Positions 1 to 9,535 are shown, counted from the first letter of the stretch. The stretch is DNA of 64,000 nt from Vicinamibacteraceae bacterium (GCA_011525805.1 WYBR01000040.1:112407-176406); one strand, 5' to 3'. Numbers and translations are program-made. The notes: a model not told the origin generated them from the letters alone.

Positions 1-40
1 GGAAGCTTGGCCGCGTCAGCGGAGGGAGACGGCGATCGCC

Positions 41-895
41 TCACTCTTCGTCAAACTCCTGCGGCCGCAGGCGACAACGCGCCCGCAGGCGCTTCATGAT
101 GGACGCGTGCATCTGCGACACGCGCGACTCGGAGAGATCCAGCGTCCACCCGATCTCCTTCATGGACATGTCTTCGTAGTAGTAGAGGATCAGGATGAGC
201 CGCTCGGCCCGCGACAGCGCCCGGGTGATGAACGACTTGATCTCCTCGCGGCGCAGGGCAAGCGGTGGCTCCACCTGACGGCCGTCGGCGAGCGTGTCCG
301 ATTCGCACTCGTCCCGGCTCGGGTCCTGCGCAAACCGGGGGCGCCCGAGGCTGAGGAAGCGGATCGGCCGGCCGTCCCTGAGAATCCGCCACGCTTTGGC
401 CGGGTCCGCATCGAGCAGCGAAAGGATCTCCTCATCCGTGGGGAATCGCCCGAAGCGAGCAAAGAACCGCTGCCGCGTTCGTTCGACGACCCGTTCTCGC
501 TCCCGCTTGACGCGAGAAATGAGGTCCGCGGACCGTAGGGCGTCGATCATGGCGCCGCGGATCCGCCTCGGGCAGAAGGTCTCGAACTTGACGCCCAGCG
601 CTGGGTCGAAGGCCTCGATGGCGTCCATCAGGCCGCAATACCCATCCTGGATGAGGTCGTCGACATCCACTTCCGCCGCCAGTTTGGCGCGTTCGCGGTG
701 CGCGAGGTAGCGGACGATGGGCAAGTACTGGCGGACAAGCCGGTCGCGGTAGGCGTCGGCGCCGGTTCGGCGGTACTCGCGCCAGACTTCTTCGATGGGC
801 AGGTCGTCGAGGGCGCTTCCGGCCGCGAGGCCTTGCGCGGTGCGGGCGATCGCTTTCGCGTCTGACACGGCCACTCCTCCTCTGCGGCGAGCCAT
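41..895 (-). CDS. RNA polymerase sigma factor, FliA/WhiG (sigma-28) family, divergent distal paralog
   Basis: Tail of ORF 41..1348. The first 151 codons are Arg/Pro-rich and overlap the upstream fliA gene, so the start is moved to ATG 895 (MARRRGG). Region 2 (YLPIVRYLA, DLIQDGYCGLMDAIEAFD, KFETFC, RIRGAMID) and region 4.2 HTH (SRAERLILILYYYEDMSMKEIGWTLDLSESRVSQMH) are FliA-like. The usually conserved RSxDWVPR segment reads RSADLISR. Confidence 0.85.
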   Translation of the reverse strand: MARRRGGVAVSDAKAIARTAQGLAAGSALDDLPIEEVWREYRRTGADAYRDRLVRQYLPIVRYLAHRERAKLAAEVDVDDLIQDGYCGLMDAIEAFDPALGVKFETFCPRRIRGAMIDALRSADLISRVKRERERVVERTRQRFFARFGRFPTDEEILSLLDADPAKAWRILRDGRPIRFLSLGRPRFAQDPSRDECESDTLADGRQVEPPLALRREEIKSFITRALSRAERLILILYYYEDMSMKEIGWTLDLSESRVSQMHASIMKRLRARCRLRPQEFDEE

Positions 896-1050
896 CAAAG
901 ACCAGCCGGCGCGATGCCGGGGCGGCGCGCCGTCTTGCGTCCCCGCGGGGACGGCTCTGGATTGCCAAACCGGCCTTCGATCGGGAAGGGCTTCGACGCG
1001 CAGCGCCGAGAGCCGTTTCCGGCGGAAGTCGGCGAAGGGAATCGGTTGAA

Positions 1051-1878
1051 TCAGCCGGCGTAGAACTCGCGCTCGCGGTGCAGCATCTGCGCCCGCAGGC
1101 GGGCGAGGATGGAGGAGTGCATCTGCGAGACGCGCGACTCGGAGAGGTCCAGCGTCTGGCCGATCTCCTTCATCGTCATCTCCTCGTAGTAGTAGAGGAT
1201 GACGATGAGGCGCTCGGCCCGGCTGAGGCCCTTGGTAATAAGGTCCTTGAGGTCGCCCTTCTGCGTCTCCGTGAGCGGGTTCGCCTGGGCTTCGTCTTCG
1301 AGGACGTCGATCTCGCGGACGTCCTTGTTCGAGTCCGTCTCGTAGCACTTACGGTTGAGGCTGACGACGCCGACCGCCTGGCCGTCCTTGAAGAGTTTCT
1401 TCATCTCTTCGTCGCCCAGGCCGATGTGGCTGGCGATCTCGTGCTCGTCGGGATTGCGGCCAAGGCGGGCCCGCAGGGCCTTGCGCGCCGACTCCATCTT
1501 GCTCGTCCGGGAGCGGACGAGCCGCGGGACCCAGTCCATGGAGCGGAGTTCGTCAAGGATGGCCCCACGGATGCGCAGGGCGCAGAAGGTCTCGAACTTG
1601 ACGCCATAGTTGAGGTCGAACCCGTCGATGGCGTCGAGCAGGCCAAAGAACCCCGCTTGGATCAGGTCGTTGACGTCGACTTCGACCGGAAGGCGGGCGT
1701 GCTGCCTCTCCGCGTTGTACCGAACGAGGTGCAGGTAGTGCTCCGTGAGCCAGTTGCGAATGGTCTCGCTTCCGGTTCGCTTGTATTCCTGCCAGACTTC
1801 GTTGATGGGCATCTCGTCGAGCGAGAGTTGAGCCACTCGGCGCGTGCCCTTGCGCGAGGAGGTTTTCACCTTCGTCAT
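1051..1878 (-). CDS. fliA: flagellar RNA polymerase sigma factor FliA (sigma-28)
   Basis: ORF 1051..1998 trimmed to ATG 1878 (MTKVKTSS). Contains DLIQAGFFGLLDAIDGFD, KFETFCALRIRGAILDELRSMDWVPR and LSRAERLIVILYYYEEMTMKEIGQTLDLSESRVSQMH. Lies after flhF/flhG as in other fla clusters. Confidence 0.9.
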   Translation of the reverse strand: MTKVKTSSRKGTRRVAQLSLDEMPINEVWQEYKRTGSETIRNWLTEHYLHLVRYNAERQHARLPVEVDVNDLIQAGFFGLLDAIDGFDLNYGVKFETFCALRIRGAILDELRSMDWVPRLVRSRTSKMESARKALRARLGRNPDEHEIASHIGLGDEEMKKLFKDGQAVGVVSLNRKCYETDSNKDVREIDVLEDEAQANPLTETQKGDLKDLITKGLSRAERLIVILYYYEEMTMKEIGQTLDLSESRVSQMHSSILARLRAQMLHREREFYAG

Positions 1879-2003
1879 CGGGTCGTCTCCCTGACCATGA
1901 GCCACAGTCCGTTGCAGCCGGTCCGTCCCTGGACCGATTGACGCTACAGTATAAGTTCCGCTCCGCCGCCTGCAAGGGTCAGCGGCATCTTTGACCAAAA
2001 TAA

Positions 2004-2372
2004 CTACCGATTCGCCGCATTTGTCGGAGTGTTAGGCTTTGATTCGGTATTTCTATCCACATTCAGTACACCGACCAGGTCATCCAGCGAAACGTCCGAG
2101 TTCGGAATCGGATGCGCCGCGATGTACTCCCTCAGGTGCTCCCTGATCGCGAAACTGAACACTTCGCCCGCGATGAGGCCGAGAACGTACCCGCCAAACA
2201 GGCACACGATCGCCCGCATCAGGACCTCCGACGTCTGGTTCCCAACCGCGAGGCCCGTGAGAATCGCGACGGCGAAGGCGCAAGTGGCGAAGCACCCCGC
2301 GATCACTTTCGCCGGGGGCGGAACCGGTTCTCGCAGGTCGCTCCTCGCATCGGTCATGGGATTCCCGGACAT
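2004..2372 (-). CDS. hypothetical small membrane protein (two predicted TM helices)
   Basis: 122-aa ORF with two hydrophobic stretches (VIAGCFATCAFAVAILTGLAV and AIVCLFGGYVLGLIAGEVF). Sits between flhG and fliA on the same strand. No family recognised. Confidence 0.5.
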   Translation of the reverse strand: MSGNPMTDARSDLREPVPPPAKVIAGCFATCAFAVAILTGLAVGNQTSEVLMRAIVCLFGGYVLGLIAGEVFSFAIREHLREYIAAHPIPNSDVSLDDLVGVLNVDRNTESKPNTPTNAANR

Positions 2373-2426
2373 CGATCCCTATCGGATAATCTCCTCCCCA
2401 AGTCAAGCAGATTCCAGTGAGCGGTG

Positions 2427-3458
2427 TTATCGGTCGGAGGAGGCCGGACGCTTCAGCCACTCACCCAGCCGCGCGAAGAACCCCCGCCTGCTCGCCCGTC
2501 CGGAGTCGGCCGAAGCCGCTTGCGTCCGTCGAACCAGCGCCGCCCCCAACTGCTGCATCGCCAGCGAGGCTCGCGATCCGGGCGCATCAAGGCAGAAGGG
2601 AACACGGCGGCGAACCGCGGCGCCAACGCATCGGTCAAACGGAATCGACCCCGCGAAACCGACTTCGCGCTGAAGGAATCGCCTTGCGACAAGCGCCAGG
2701 CGTTGATGCACTTCCTTGCCCTGAATCTCCCGCTCAACCTGGTTGACGAGGATGTAGAGATTGGACAGGGGAGACCGCCGCAGAACCGACTTCACCAGGC
2801 CGTAGGCGTCCGTCATCGCGGTCGGCTCAGGGGTGGTTACGACGAGCACGGTGTCCGCGGTTCCGGCGAAGGCCAGAACCGCCGAGTTGATGCCCGCCGC
2901 GGCGTCGAGAATCACAAAGTCGCACTGCGATTCGAGGAGCGAGAGTTGGGCGATGAGACGGTCAACGAGCGCCGCGGGCAGGTCGGCCATTTCGCCGATG
3001 CCGTTGGCGCCGGGGATGAGTTTGAATCCGCCGGGACCGTTCACGGCGATCTCGCGCAACTTGCGCCTCGGCGAGGCGAGCAGGTGGGTCAGGTTGAAAG
3101 GCGCCTTGACGCCGCACAGCACATCGGCGTTGGCGAGGCCCATGTCCACGTCGACGAGCGCGACGCGGCGGCCGAGACCGGCGAGCACGACGGCGAGGTT
3201 CACCGCGACGCTTGTCTTGCCGACACCGCCCTTGCCGCTCGCCACGGCGATCACATGGGCCCGCCGCGGCGATCTTTCGGGGGCCGGTGAATCCGTGGAA
3301 GCGCGGGCGACGCGCGCGGACGGCTGGGCCGGGGCCGCCGACGGCCGATCGTCGGGCGGAGGCGCGAGAACCGGCCCGGGCGCCGGCCGTTCCTCGGCGC
3401 CGGGGAGGTCGCCCCGCACGAGATCGCGGAGGCGCTGAGCCTGGTCCGCCACGGCCAT
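2427..3458 (-). CDS. flhG: MinD/ParA-type ATPase FlhG (FleN/YlxH), flagellar number regulator
   Basis: Deviant Walker A in VIAVASGKGGVGKTSVAVNLAVVLA. Followed by VALVDVDMGLANADVL. Immediately downstream of flhF. Confidence 0.9.
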   Translation of the reverse strand: MAVADQAQRLRDLVRGDLPGAEERPAPGPVLAPPPDDRPSAAPAQPSARVARASTDSPAPERSPRRAHVIAVASGKGGVGKTSVAVNLAVVLAGLGRRVALVDVDMGLANADVLCGVKAPFNLTHLLASPRRKLREIAVNGPGGFKLIPGANGIGEMADLPAALVDRLIAQLSLLESQCDFVILDAAAGINSAVLAFAGTADTVLVVTTPEPTAMTDAYGLVKSVLRRSPLSNLYILVNQVEREIQGKEVHQRLALVARRFLQREVGFAGSIPFDRCVGAAVRRRVPFCLDAPGSRASLAMQQLGAALVRRTQAASADSGRASRRGFFARLGEWLKRPASSDR

Positions 3459-3460
3459 AC

Positions 3461-5131
3461 CTATCCCTTCTCCCCGAGGATGAGCGCCGCGAGCCGCTCC
3501 GGACTGCCGGCTTCGATGTGGTCCGGCACTTCCTGGCCGGTCGTGATGAACGAAAGTTCCTTGCCGGCCTTGCGCATGACGTTGATCAGCACGCCGAGGC
3601 TCACCGCCTCATCCGTCTTCGTGAAAATGACGCGGTCGGCCTCAACCGGCGAGAACCGCTCGATGGTGCGCATGAGTACCTGCTCGCTGCACGTGCTGGC
3701 CAGGACCAGGTGCACCTCGTGCGGGTCTGCGGCCTTGGCAAACGCCCTGATCTCTTCGAGACGAGCACCATCGTTGGGCGACCGGCCCGCGGTGTCAATC
3801 AGGATCACATCGCAGTGTTCCAGCGACCGGCACGCCTCGGCCATCTCCGCGGGGGTCAGCGCCACTTTCAGCGGAAGGCCGATGATGTTCGCGTACGTCC
3901 GCAACTGATCGACGGCGGCAATTCGATACGTGTCGGTCGTGATCAGGCCGACGCGGCGTTGGTGGCGGAGTTTGTACGCGGCAGCCAGTTTCGCCACCGT
4001 CGTCGTCTTTCCTACCCCCGTTGGCCCGACAAGCGCCACCGTGAACGGCCGGCCGTCCGACGGACGCACGAGCATCGAATCGGGCGCCACCGGCACCAGG
4101 GCGGCGAGGTGTCGGCGGAAACTCGCCCGCACCTGCCCCGCATCCGCGAGTTGCTCTTCGCGCAGATCGCGCCGAACGCGGTCGCACAGGTCATCGGCGA
4201 TCTCCTGCGCCACCTCGTTCTGGATGAGGCCGACATACTCGTTGAAGAGCGCCTCGGGCATCGCGGGCTGAAGCGTACCGGCCTGTCGCTGAAGCACCTG
4301 ACCGACCATCTGCTTGAGCGCGGCGATCTCGGTCTGAAGGGAAGGCGCGGGAGCGCCGGCTTGCGGCGCAGCGCCATTCCTCCGCCGCGCGGAACGGGAA
4401 TCCTTGCGGCGGCGCGGCGAAGGCTGGGCCGGGGAGGCTTCCGCTGCCTTCGTCGAGGGGGATTCCTCCCCGATACTCGCAGCGACTCGATCGATCGCCG
4501 CCCGCGATGTGATCGGCGGCGCCTCGGTGGTGGTGTCGGCAACGGGCGGGGGCGCCGCGCTGATTCCGCCGGAATCGACCGCAAGCACGAACCTCCGCGC
4601 GACGGGCGATGCGGAGGTCACAGGGGAACGCCCCGGCCGCGCCGTTCGGGCGTCTGCGGCGGTGTTGGAGGGCGGAGCGACCGCTTGGCGCGTGGGGTGG
4701 GCACGATTCCGTTTAAGCAACGGCGCGGGATCGGGCGCTGGCGGCGGGGTCGTCGCGGCAGGGGCCTGCGGCTGCCGCGGCTTCGATTCCGCAGCGGCCA
4801 CGAGCCGCCGCCGCTGCTGTTCGGCGAGCGCCAGGGCGACGGCCGCTTTCCGCGCCGGATCGTTCGATACGGTCGTCTGCGGCGCGGCCGCTGCGGCCGG
4901 GATCGGGGTTGAATTCGGGGCCGGCGGAGAGTTCCGCGCTGCCAAGCTGGGACGCTGGCGCGGCGCCGGAAGAGAAGCCGTCACTTCGAAGACCGTCTGC
5001 CCGCCCACGCCCAGCACGCCGCCGCGGCGGAAGGTGCGCGAGTGGAGGATCACGGCGTCGTCGCCGAGATCGGCCTTGATGCGCTCGAGTGCCTCGTTCA
5101 GAGACAGTGCGTGATAGGTTCGAAGGTTCAA
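3461..5131 (-). CDS. flhF: SRP-type GTPase FlhF, flagellar placement
   Basis: N-terminal B-domain MNLRTYHALSLNEALERIKADLGDDAVIL. G-domain motifs are VALVGPTGVGKTTTVAKLAA, DTAGRS and FTKTDEA. A long Pro/Ala-rich linker is present. Confidence 0.9.
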   Translation of the reverse strand: MNLRTYHALSLNEALERIKADLGDDAVILHSRTFRRGGVLGVGGQTVFEVTASLPAPRQRPSLAARNSPPAPNSTPIPAAAAAPQTTVSNDPARKAAVALALAEQQRRRLVAAAESKPRQPQAPAATTPPPAPDPAPLLKRNRAHPTRQAVAPPSNTAADARTARPGRSPVTSASPVARRFVLAVDSGGISAAPPPVADTTTEAPPITSRAAIDRVAASIGEESPSTKAAEASPAQPSPRRRKDSRSARRRNGAAPQAGAPAPSLQTEIAALKQMVGQVLQRQAGTLQPAMPEALFNEYVGLIQNEVAQEIADDLCDRVRRDLREEQLADAGQVRASFRRHLAALVPVAPDSMLVRPSDGRPFTVALVGPTGVGKTTTVAKLAAAYKLRHQRRVGLITTDTYRIAAVDQLRTYANIIGLPLKVALTPAEMAEACRSLEHCDVILIDTAGRSPNDGARLEEIRAFAKAADPHEVHLVLASTCSEQVLMRTIERFSPVEADRVIFTKTDEAVSLGVLINVMRKAGKELSFITTGQEVPDHIEAGSPERLAALILGEKG

Positions 5132-5258
5132 CGCTGCGCCCTTCCTGGTCTATCGCGGGTGGCGTTCCGCGAGCCGGCGTCCTGCCTGTGTCGAGTTGCC
5201 TCCGTCGATGCTCCATCATACCACGCCTGCCGCCCCGTTCGCAATCGCGCCTGGGACG

Positions 5259-7409
5259 TTATGCGGCCGGCGCCGCCTGCTTTCCCTCGGGCGACTGCAC
5301 CAGCGCCAGGGACTCGACCTCGAGCCCCTGCGGAACTTCGTTGTACCCGAGCACCGCCGCCTGCGGGAGATGCGGCTCGATGATCCGCCGCAAGGGCCCG
5401 CGAATCTGCGGCGAGGTCAGGATCACCGGCGGCCGGCCCGCGTGAATGAGCGACCGGAGCGACTGGTCCAGCGCCTGCACGATGCGGTTGCTCACCGACG
5501 GCGGCATGGTGATCGTTGTGCCCACGTCCGATCGCTCCACGTAGGACGCGATCGTGTCCTCGAGGCGCGGATCGACGGTGATGCAGTACAGCCGAGCGCG
5601 GTCCTCCTCGTCGGCCGTCGCGTACTGCCCGGCGATCGTCCGCCGCAGGCCGTTGCGCACGTACTCCACGAGCACGTCCGTGTCGCGTGTGTGCGCGATC
5701 CACTCGCCCATCGTCTCGACGATCGTCTCAAGGTCGCGGACGGGAACCCGCTCGCGCAGCAGCGCCTGGAGCACCTTCTGAAGTTCGCCGGGCTTGACCT
5801 TGTCGGGAATGATCTCTTCCGTGAGTTTGGGCGCCCGCTCCTTGAGGTTGGCGATGAGGTTGTTGACTTCCTCCCGCGTGAGCAGTTCGTCCGCGTGGCG
5901 CTTGATGGTCTCGGTGAAGTGGGTGATGAGCACGCTCGTGGCGTCCACGACGGTGTAGCCCTGCGCCTCGGCGCGGGCGCGGAGGTGCTCGGGGATCCAC
6001 CACGCGTCCAGGCCGAAGGCCGGCTCCTTCGTCGGTTCGCCTTCGATCGGCCCCTGCGCCAGTCCGGAGTCCATCGCCAGCCACTGGGCGGGGAAGGTCT
6101 GCCCCGAGGCGACCTGGTTCCCCCGGATCTTGATGCGATACGTCGTCGTCTCCAGTTGAGAGTTGTCGCGGATGCGCACCGGCGGGAGGATAAGTCCGAG
6201 TTCGGCGGCGAGTTGGCGGCGAACCATGGCGATGCGCTCGAGAAGGTTTCCGCCGTCGGCCTCGTTGACGAGGCGCACCAGGCCGTAGCCGACCTCAAGT
6301 TCGAGGTGGTCGATCTTGAGCAGTTCGTCGGGGGCGGGGGTCTTGGGTGGTCCGGAGGCCTCGGCGCGCGACTCGGCCGCGACGCGCTCGGCCTCGACGG
6401 CCCGTACGCCGCGCGACACGACGTAGCCGACACCCGCGATCGCCGCCGAGCACGCCAGCATCGGCAGCGCCGGCAGGCCCGTGAAGGCCATCATCCCGAG
6501 GAAGCCGGCGGTGATGTAGAGCGCCCGCGGCTTGCTCGTGAGTTGGTTCGTCAGGTCGGTGCCGAGGTCCTGCTTGGCGCCGCTGCGGGCGACGATGAGG
6601 CCGGCCGCGATGGCGATCACGAACGCCGGGATCTGCGAGACCAGTCCGTCGCCGATCGTCAGTTTCGTGAAAACCGCGAGGCTCTCGCGCAGCGACCAGC
6701 CCTTGGCGATGGCGCCGATGGCGAAGCCACCGAGGATGTTGATGAGCGTGATGATGATGCCCGCGACGGCGTCGCCGCGCACGAACTTGCTGGCGCCGTC
6801 CATGGCGCCGTAGAAGTCCGCTTCGCGCATGATCGCCTCGCGCCGCTCGCGCGCTTCCGCTTCGGTGATGAGGCCGGCGGTAAGATCGGCGTCGATGGCC
6901 ATCTGCTTGCCGGGCATGGCGTCGAGGGTGAAGCGGGCCGCCACTTCCGAGATACGCGTCGAGCCTTTCGTGATCACCACGAACTGCACAATGACGAGGA
7001 TGCAGAAGATGACCGCCCCGACAATCGGCGAATCGCCCGCGACGAACTGTCCGAAGGCGCGGATCACTTCCCCCGCCGCGCTCGCCGCCTCGTTCGCCGT
7101 CGTCGCCTCCGTCGAGAGGATCAGCCGCGTCGTGGCGATGTTCAGGCACAGGCGGTAAAGCGTGGTGCCGAGCAGCAGCGCCGGGAAGACGGAGAACTCC
7201 AGTGGCCGCTCCATGTAGACCACCGTGAGCAGAATGACCGCCGCGGCGCTGATGTTCGCCGCGATGAGAACGTCGAGCAGCGCCGGCGGCAGCGGCACCA
7301 CCAGAACCGCCATCATGCACATGAAGGCGAAGGGGACCGCCAGGCTCTTCCAGCGATGGCCCCGCTCCGACCAGAGCAGGCTCGGCGCGGCGAGTGAGGA
7401 TTCAGCCAC
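5259..7409 (-). CDS. flhA: flagellar export apparatus protein FlhA
   Basis: 716 aa. N-terminal multi-TM region, then the FHIPEP-type segment RISEVAARFTLDAMPGKQMAIDADL, then a large cytoplasmic domain. Confidence 0.95.
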   Translation of the reverse strand: MAESSLAAPSLLWSERGHRWKSLAVPFAFMCMMAVLVVPLPPALLDVLIAANISAAAVILLTVVYMERPLEFSVFPALLLGTTLYRLCLNIATTRLILSTEATTANEAASAAGEVIRAFGQFVAGDSPIVGAVIFCILVIVQFVVITKGSTRISEVAARFTLDAMPGKQMAIDADLTAGLITEAEARERREAIMREADFYGAMDGASKFVRGDAVAGIIITLINILGGFAIGAIAKGWSLRESLAVFTKLTIGDGLVSQIPAFVIAIAAGLIVARSGAKQDLGTDLTNQLTSKPRALYITAGFLGMMAFTGLPALPMLACSAAIAGVGYVVSRGVRAVEAERVAAESRAEASGPPKTPAPDELLKIDHLELEVGYGLVRLVNEADGGNLLERIAMVRRQLAAELGLILPPVRIRDNSQLETTTYRIKIRGNQVASGQTFPAQWLAMDSGLAQGPIEGEPTKEPAFGLDAWWIPEHLRARAEAQGYTVVDATSVLITHFTETIKRHADELLTREEVNNLIANLKERAPKLTEEIIPDKVKPGELQKVLQALLRERVPVRDLETIVETMGEWIAHTRDTDVLVEYVRNGLRRTIAGQYATADEEDRARLYCITVDPRLEDTIASYVERSDVGTTITMPPSVSNRIVQALDQSLRSLIHAGRPPVILTSPQIRGPLRRIIEPHLPQAAVLGYNEVPQGLEVESLALVQSPEGKQAAPAA

Positions 7410-7493
7410 GGGTGCGGCCCTCCGCTCGCGGCGACTGCTCCGCAGCGAGGACGCTGCGGCTCGCGGTGTTCAGATTCCTCGACGATTGCATCC

Positions 7494-8567
7494 TCAACCC
7501 GCCTTCCTTGCATTGAGCCGGTACACGTACGCAAGCACCTCCGCGACCGCCTGGAAGAACTTGGGCGGTATCTCCTGGCCCACCTGCACCACGGGGTACA
7601 TTGCCCGCGCCAGCGGCTTGCGCTCCACGATCGGAATGCGGTGCGCCAGCGCGATCTGGCGGATGCGCAAGGCCACGTAGTCCGTTCCCTTCGCGAGCAC
7701 CTTGGGCGCGTTCATCGACTCCGCGTCCCACTTGAGCGCGATGGAGATGTGCTCGGGATTGGTGACGACGACATCGGCCTTGGGCACCGACTGCTGGAGT
7801 CGCTGGCTGAGAATCTTCCGCGCAAAGCCGCGCTGCCGCTGCTTGAGGAGCGGGTCGCCCATCGTCATGCGCAGTTCTTCCTTCACCTCGTGCTTGCTCA
7901 TGCGGTGCTGCCGCTCCCACTGCCACTTCTGAAACGCAAAATCGAGGATGCCCAGCAGGATGAGCACGGCCGCGAGCCACAGCAGCAGTTCCGCGAGGTA
8001 TCCGCCCGACCGGGCGCATGCTTCCGCGAAGCCCAGCCGCGGCAGCATGAGGATGTCCCCCCAGCGCCGCGAGACGACGGCGATGGACACGAGCAGGATG
8101 AGCAGCACCTTGCCCAGGCTCATCGCGGCCCGCCCCAGCGCCTGCGCGTTCACGAAGCGCTTGGCGCCGCTGATCGGGTCGAGTTTGGAGAGTTTGGGCT
8201 GCAGCGGCTTGATCGTGAACGTCCAGCCGACCTGCCACACCGCCGCCACGTAGGCGACGACGAACATCAGCCCGACGAACGGGCCGGCGGAGACCATGAG
8301 GAAGCGCACCGCCCGCTCGAGGTCGTCCCCGCCGACGGGATCGCTCGACCAGGTGTCCGCGGAACTTGATTCGAGCGTCTCGCGCAGCAGGAGGGTGAGG
8401 TCGCGCAGGATGATCGGCGTGAGCCACAGGAGCAGCAGCACGGCGCCGAGGAGGGTGATCGCGGCGGTGAGGTCCATCGACCGGGCGATGCTGCCCTCCT
8501 CGCGGGCCTGGCGGCGGCGTCGCGCGGTGGCGGGTTCGGTCTTTTCGCCCAAGTCCTGTTCAGCCAT
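7494..8567 (-). CDS. flhB: flagellar export apparatus protein FlhB
   Basis: MAEQDLGEKTEPATARRRRQAREEGSIARSMDL N-terminus, four TM segments, and an autocleavage-type NP(E)H motif (VVVTNPEHISIALKW). Confidence 0.95.
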   Translation of the reverse strand: MAEQDLGEKTEPATARRRRQAREEGSIARSMDLTAAITLLGAVLLLLWLTPIILRDLTLLLRETLESSSADTWSSDPVGGDDLERAVRFLMVSAGPFVGLMFVVAYVAAVWQVGWTFTIKPLQPKLSKLDPISGAKRFVNAQALGRAAMSLGKVLLILLVSIAVVSRRWGDILMLPRLGFAEACARSGGYLAELLLWLAAVLILLGILDFAFQKWQWERQHRMSKHEVKEELRMTMGDPLLKQRQRGFARKILSQRLQQSVPKADVVVTNPEHISIALKWDAESMNAPKVLAKGTDYVALRIRQIALAHRIPIVERKPLARAMYPVVQVGQEIPPKFFQAVAEVLAYVYRLNARKAG

Positions 8568-8588
8568 CCTGACCGCCCCTGCGGCGCC

Positions 8589-9380
8589 TTACGGCGCGCT
8601 GAAGAACTCCGCCACGACTTCGAGCACGTCGCCGACCATCTCGACGACTCCCTCGTGAACCGGCCCGAGCGAGGCGATGAGCGCCACCGTCCCGAGGATG
8701 ATCCGGATCGGAAAGCCGAGCGAGAGGATGTTGAACGCCGGGGCCGTTTTGTTCATGAACCCCAGCGCGAAACTTTCGAGGAAGATCAGGCAGAGCACCG
8801 GTGCGGCGATGCGGATCGCCAGTTCGAACGCGCTGGTGATCAGGCCGCCCGCCAGCGCCACCAGGTCGGCGGTGACGCGAAAGCCCCCCGGCGGCACGTG
8901 CTCAAAGGTGTTGAGGAGAATGACGAACATCGTCTCGAGGCCGCCCAGCGCGAGGAAAATCACCATCGCCATGTAGAAGAGCATCTGCCCGACGACTTCC
9001 GCGTCCGTCTCCATCGCGGGGTTGTAGACGCGGGCGAAACCCAGGCCCAGTTGCTGCCCCACGACCAGGCCGCCCAGTTCCGTCGCCAGCATCGGCAGCG
9101 AGGCGAGAAATCCGATCGCCAGCCCGATGACCAGTTCCATCGCCATCAGCGGCGCGAGATCGAAGAGTGTGAGCGGCAGGGGAACAGCGCCATGATCCGC
9201 CAGCGCGCCCGAGAGCGTCGCGTAACTCGCCGTCGCCATCGCGATCGCGAAGAGCGCCTTGATGCGGCCGGGAATGACCTGGCTCCCGAGCACCGGGGCG
9301 AAGATGAACAGCCCCGTGATCCGGCTGAGCACGATCAGGAACGGGCCGACGTGGGGCAGGATGGGGGTAAGGTCGATCAT
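8589..9380 (-). CDS. fliR: flagellar export apparatus protein FliR
   Basis: 263-aa polytopic membrane protein between fliQ and flhB. N-terminus is MIDLTPILPHVGPFLIVLSRITGLFIFAPVLGS. Confidence 0.9.
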   Translation of the reverse strand: MIDLTPILPHVGPFLIVLSRITGLFIFAPVLGSQVIPGRIKALFAIAMATASYATLSGALADHGAVPLPLTLFDLAPLMAMELVIGLAIGFLASLPMLATELGGLVVGQQLGLGFARVYNPAMETDAEVVGQMLFYMAMVIFLALGGLETMFVILLNTFEHVPPGGFRVTADLVALAGGLITSAFELAIRIAAPVLCLIFLESFALGFMNKTAPAFNILSLGFPIRIILGTVALIASLGPVHEGVVEMVGDVLEVVAEFFSAP

Positions 9381-9394
9381 GAGAGAGGCGAGAC

Positions 9395-9530
9395 GTCAAG
9401 GCATCAGGACATCAAGGCATCAACGCATCAAGGGACCGAGGTTTTGGTTAGCCGCCCCTCGGGGTCATGAGCCTCGGGGTCGAATGACGACGCGGAGGCT
9501 CTGCGCAGCGGATCGCTTCGGCGCTCCGCG
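9395..9530 (-). repeat. bipartite intergenic element, copy E (core plus 8-nt periodic TTGATGCC-type tract), sense = minus strand
   Basis: Minus strand reads ...CCGCTGCGCAGAGCCTCCGCGTCG... (21/24 identical to the core of the other copies by manual alignment). About 50 nt later it reads CCCTTGATGCGTTGATGCCTTGATGTCCTGATGCCTTGACG, ending 14 nt before the fliR ATG. It fills an unusual 155-nt gap between fliQ and fliR. Confidence 0.55.
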
Positions 9531-9535
9531 CGGCG

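Noticed and set aside
896-1348. N-terminal extensions offered by the ORF track for many genes. Examples are 41..1348, 1051..1998, 17018..17644, 28265..29524, 29889..32792, 44525..45706, 49879..53151 and 45779..46744.
   Set aside because: The extensions overlap neighbouring well-supported genes or are Arg/Pro-rich low-complexity text. Internal ATG/GTG starts give N-termini that match the respective families.
5196-7397. Very long ORFs antisense to real genes. Examples are 5196..7397 (733 aa, opposite flhA), 3212..4912 (opposite flhF), 12466..14136 (opposite motAB), 44466..46142, 54558..56411, 57221..58105 and 38764..40269.
   Set aside because: Their translations are Arg/Gly/Asp/Pro-rich with no recognisable motifs. 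The opposite strand encodes unmistakable conserved proteins. In DNA this GC-rich, stop codons are rare in the antisense frames, so such ORFs are expected artefacts.
9395-9435. 8-nt periodic tracts (TCAAGGCA x5 here, ATCGAGGC-type at 58367..58400) considered as a mini CRISPR or tandem-repeat locus.
   Set aside because: The units are only 8 nt long with no spacers, and no cas genes are present. They are better described as part of the bipartite intergenic element.
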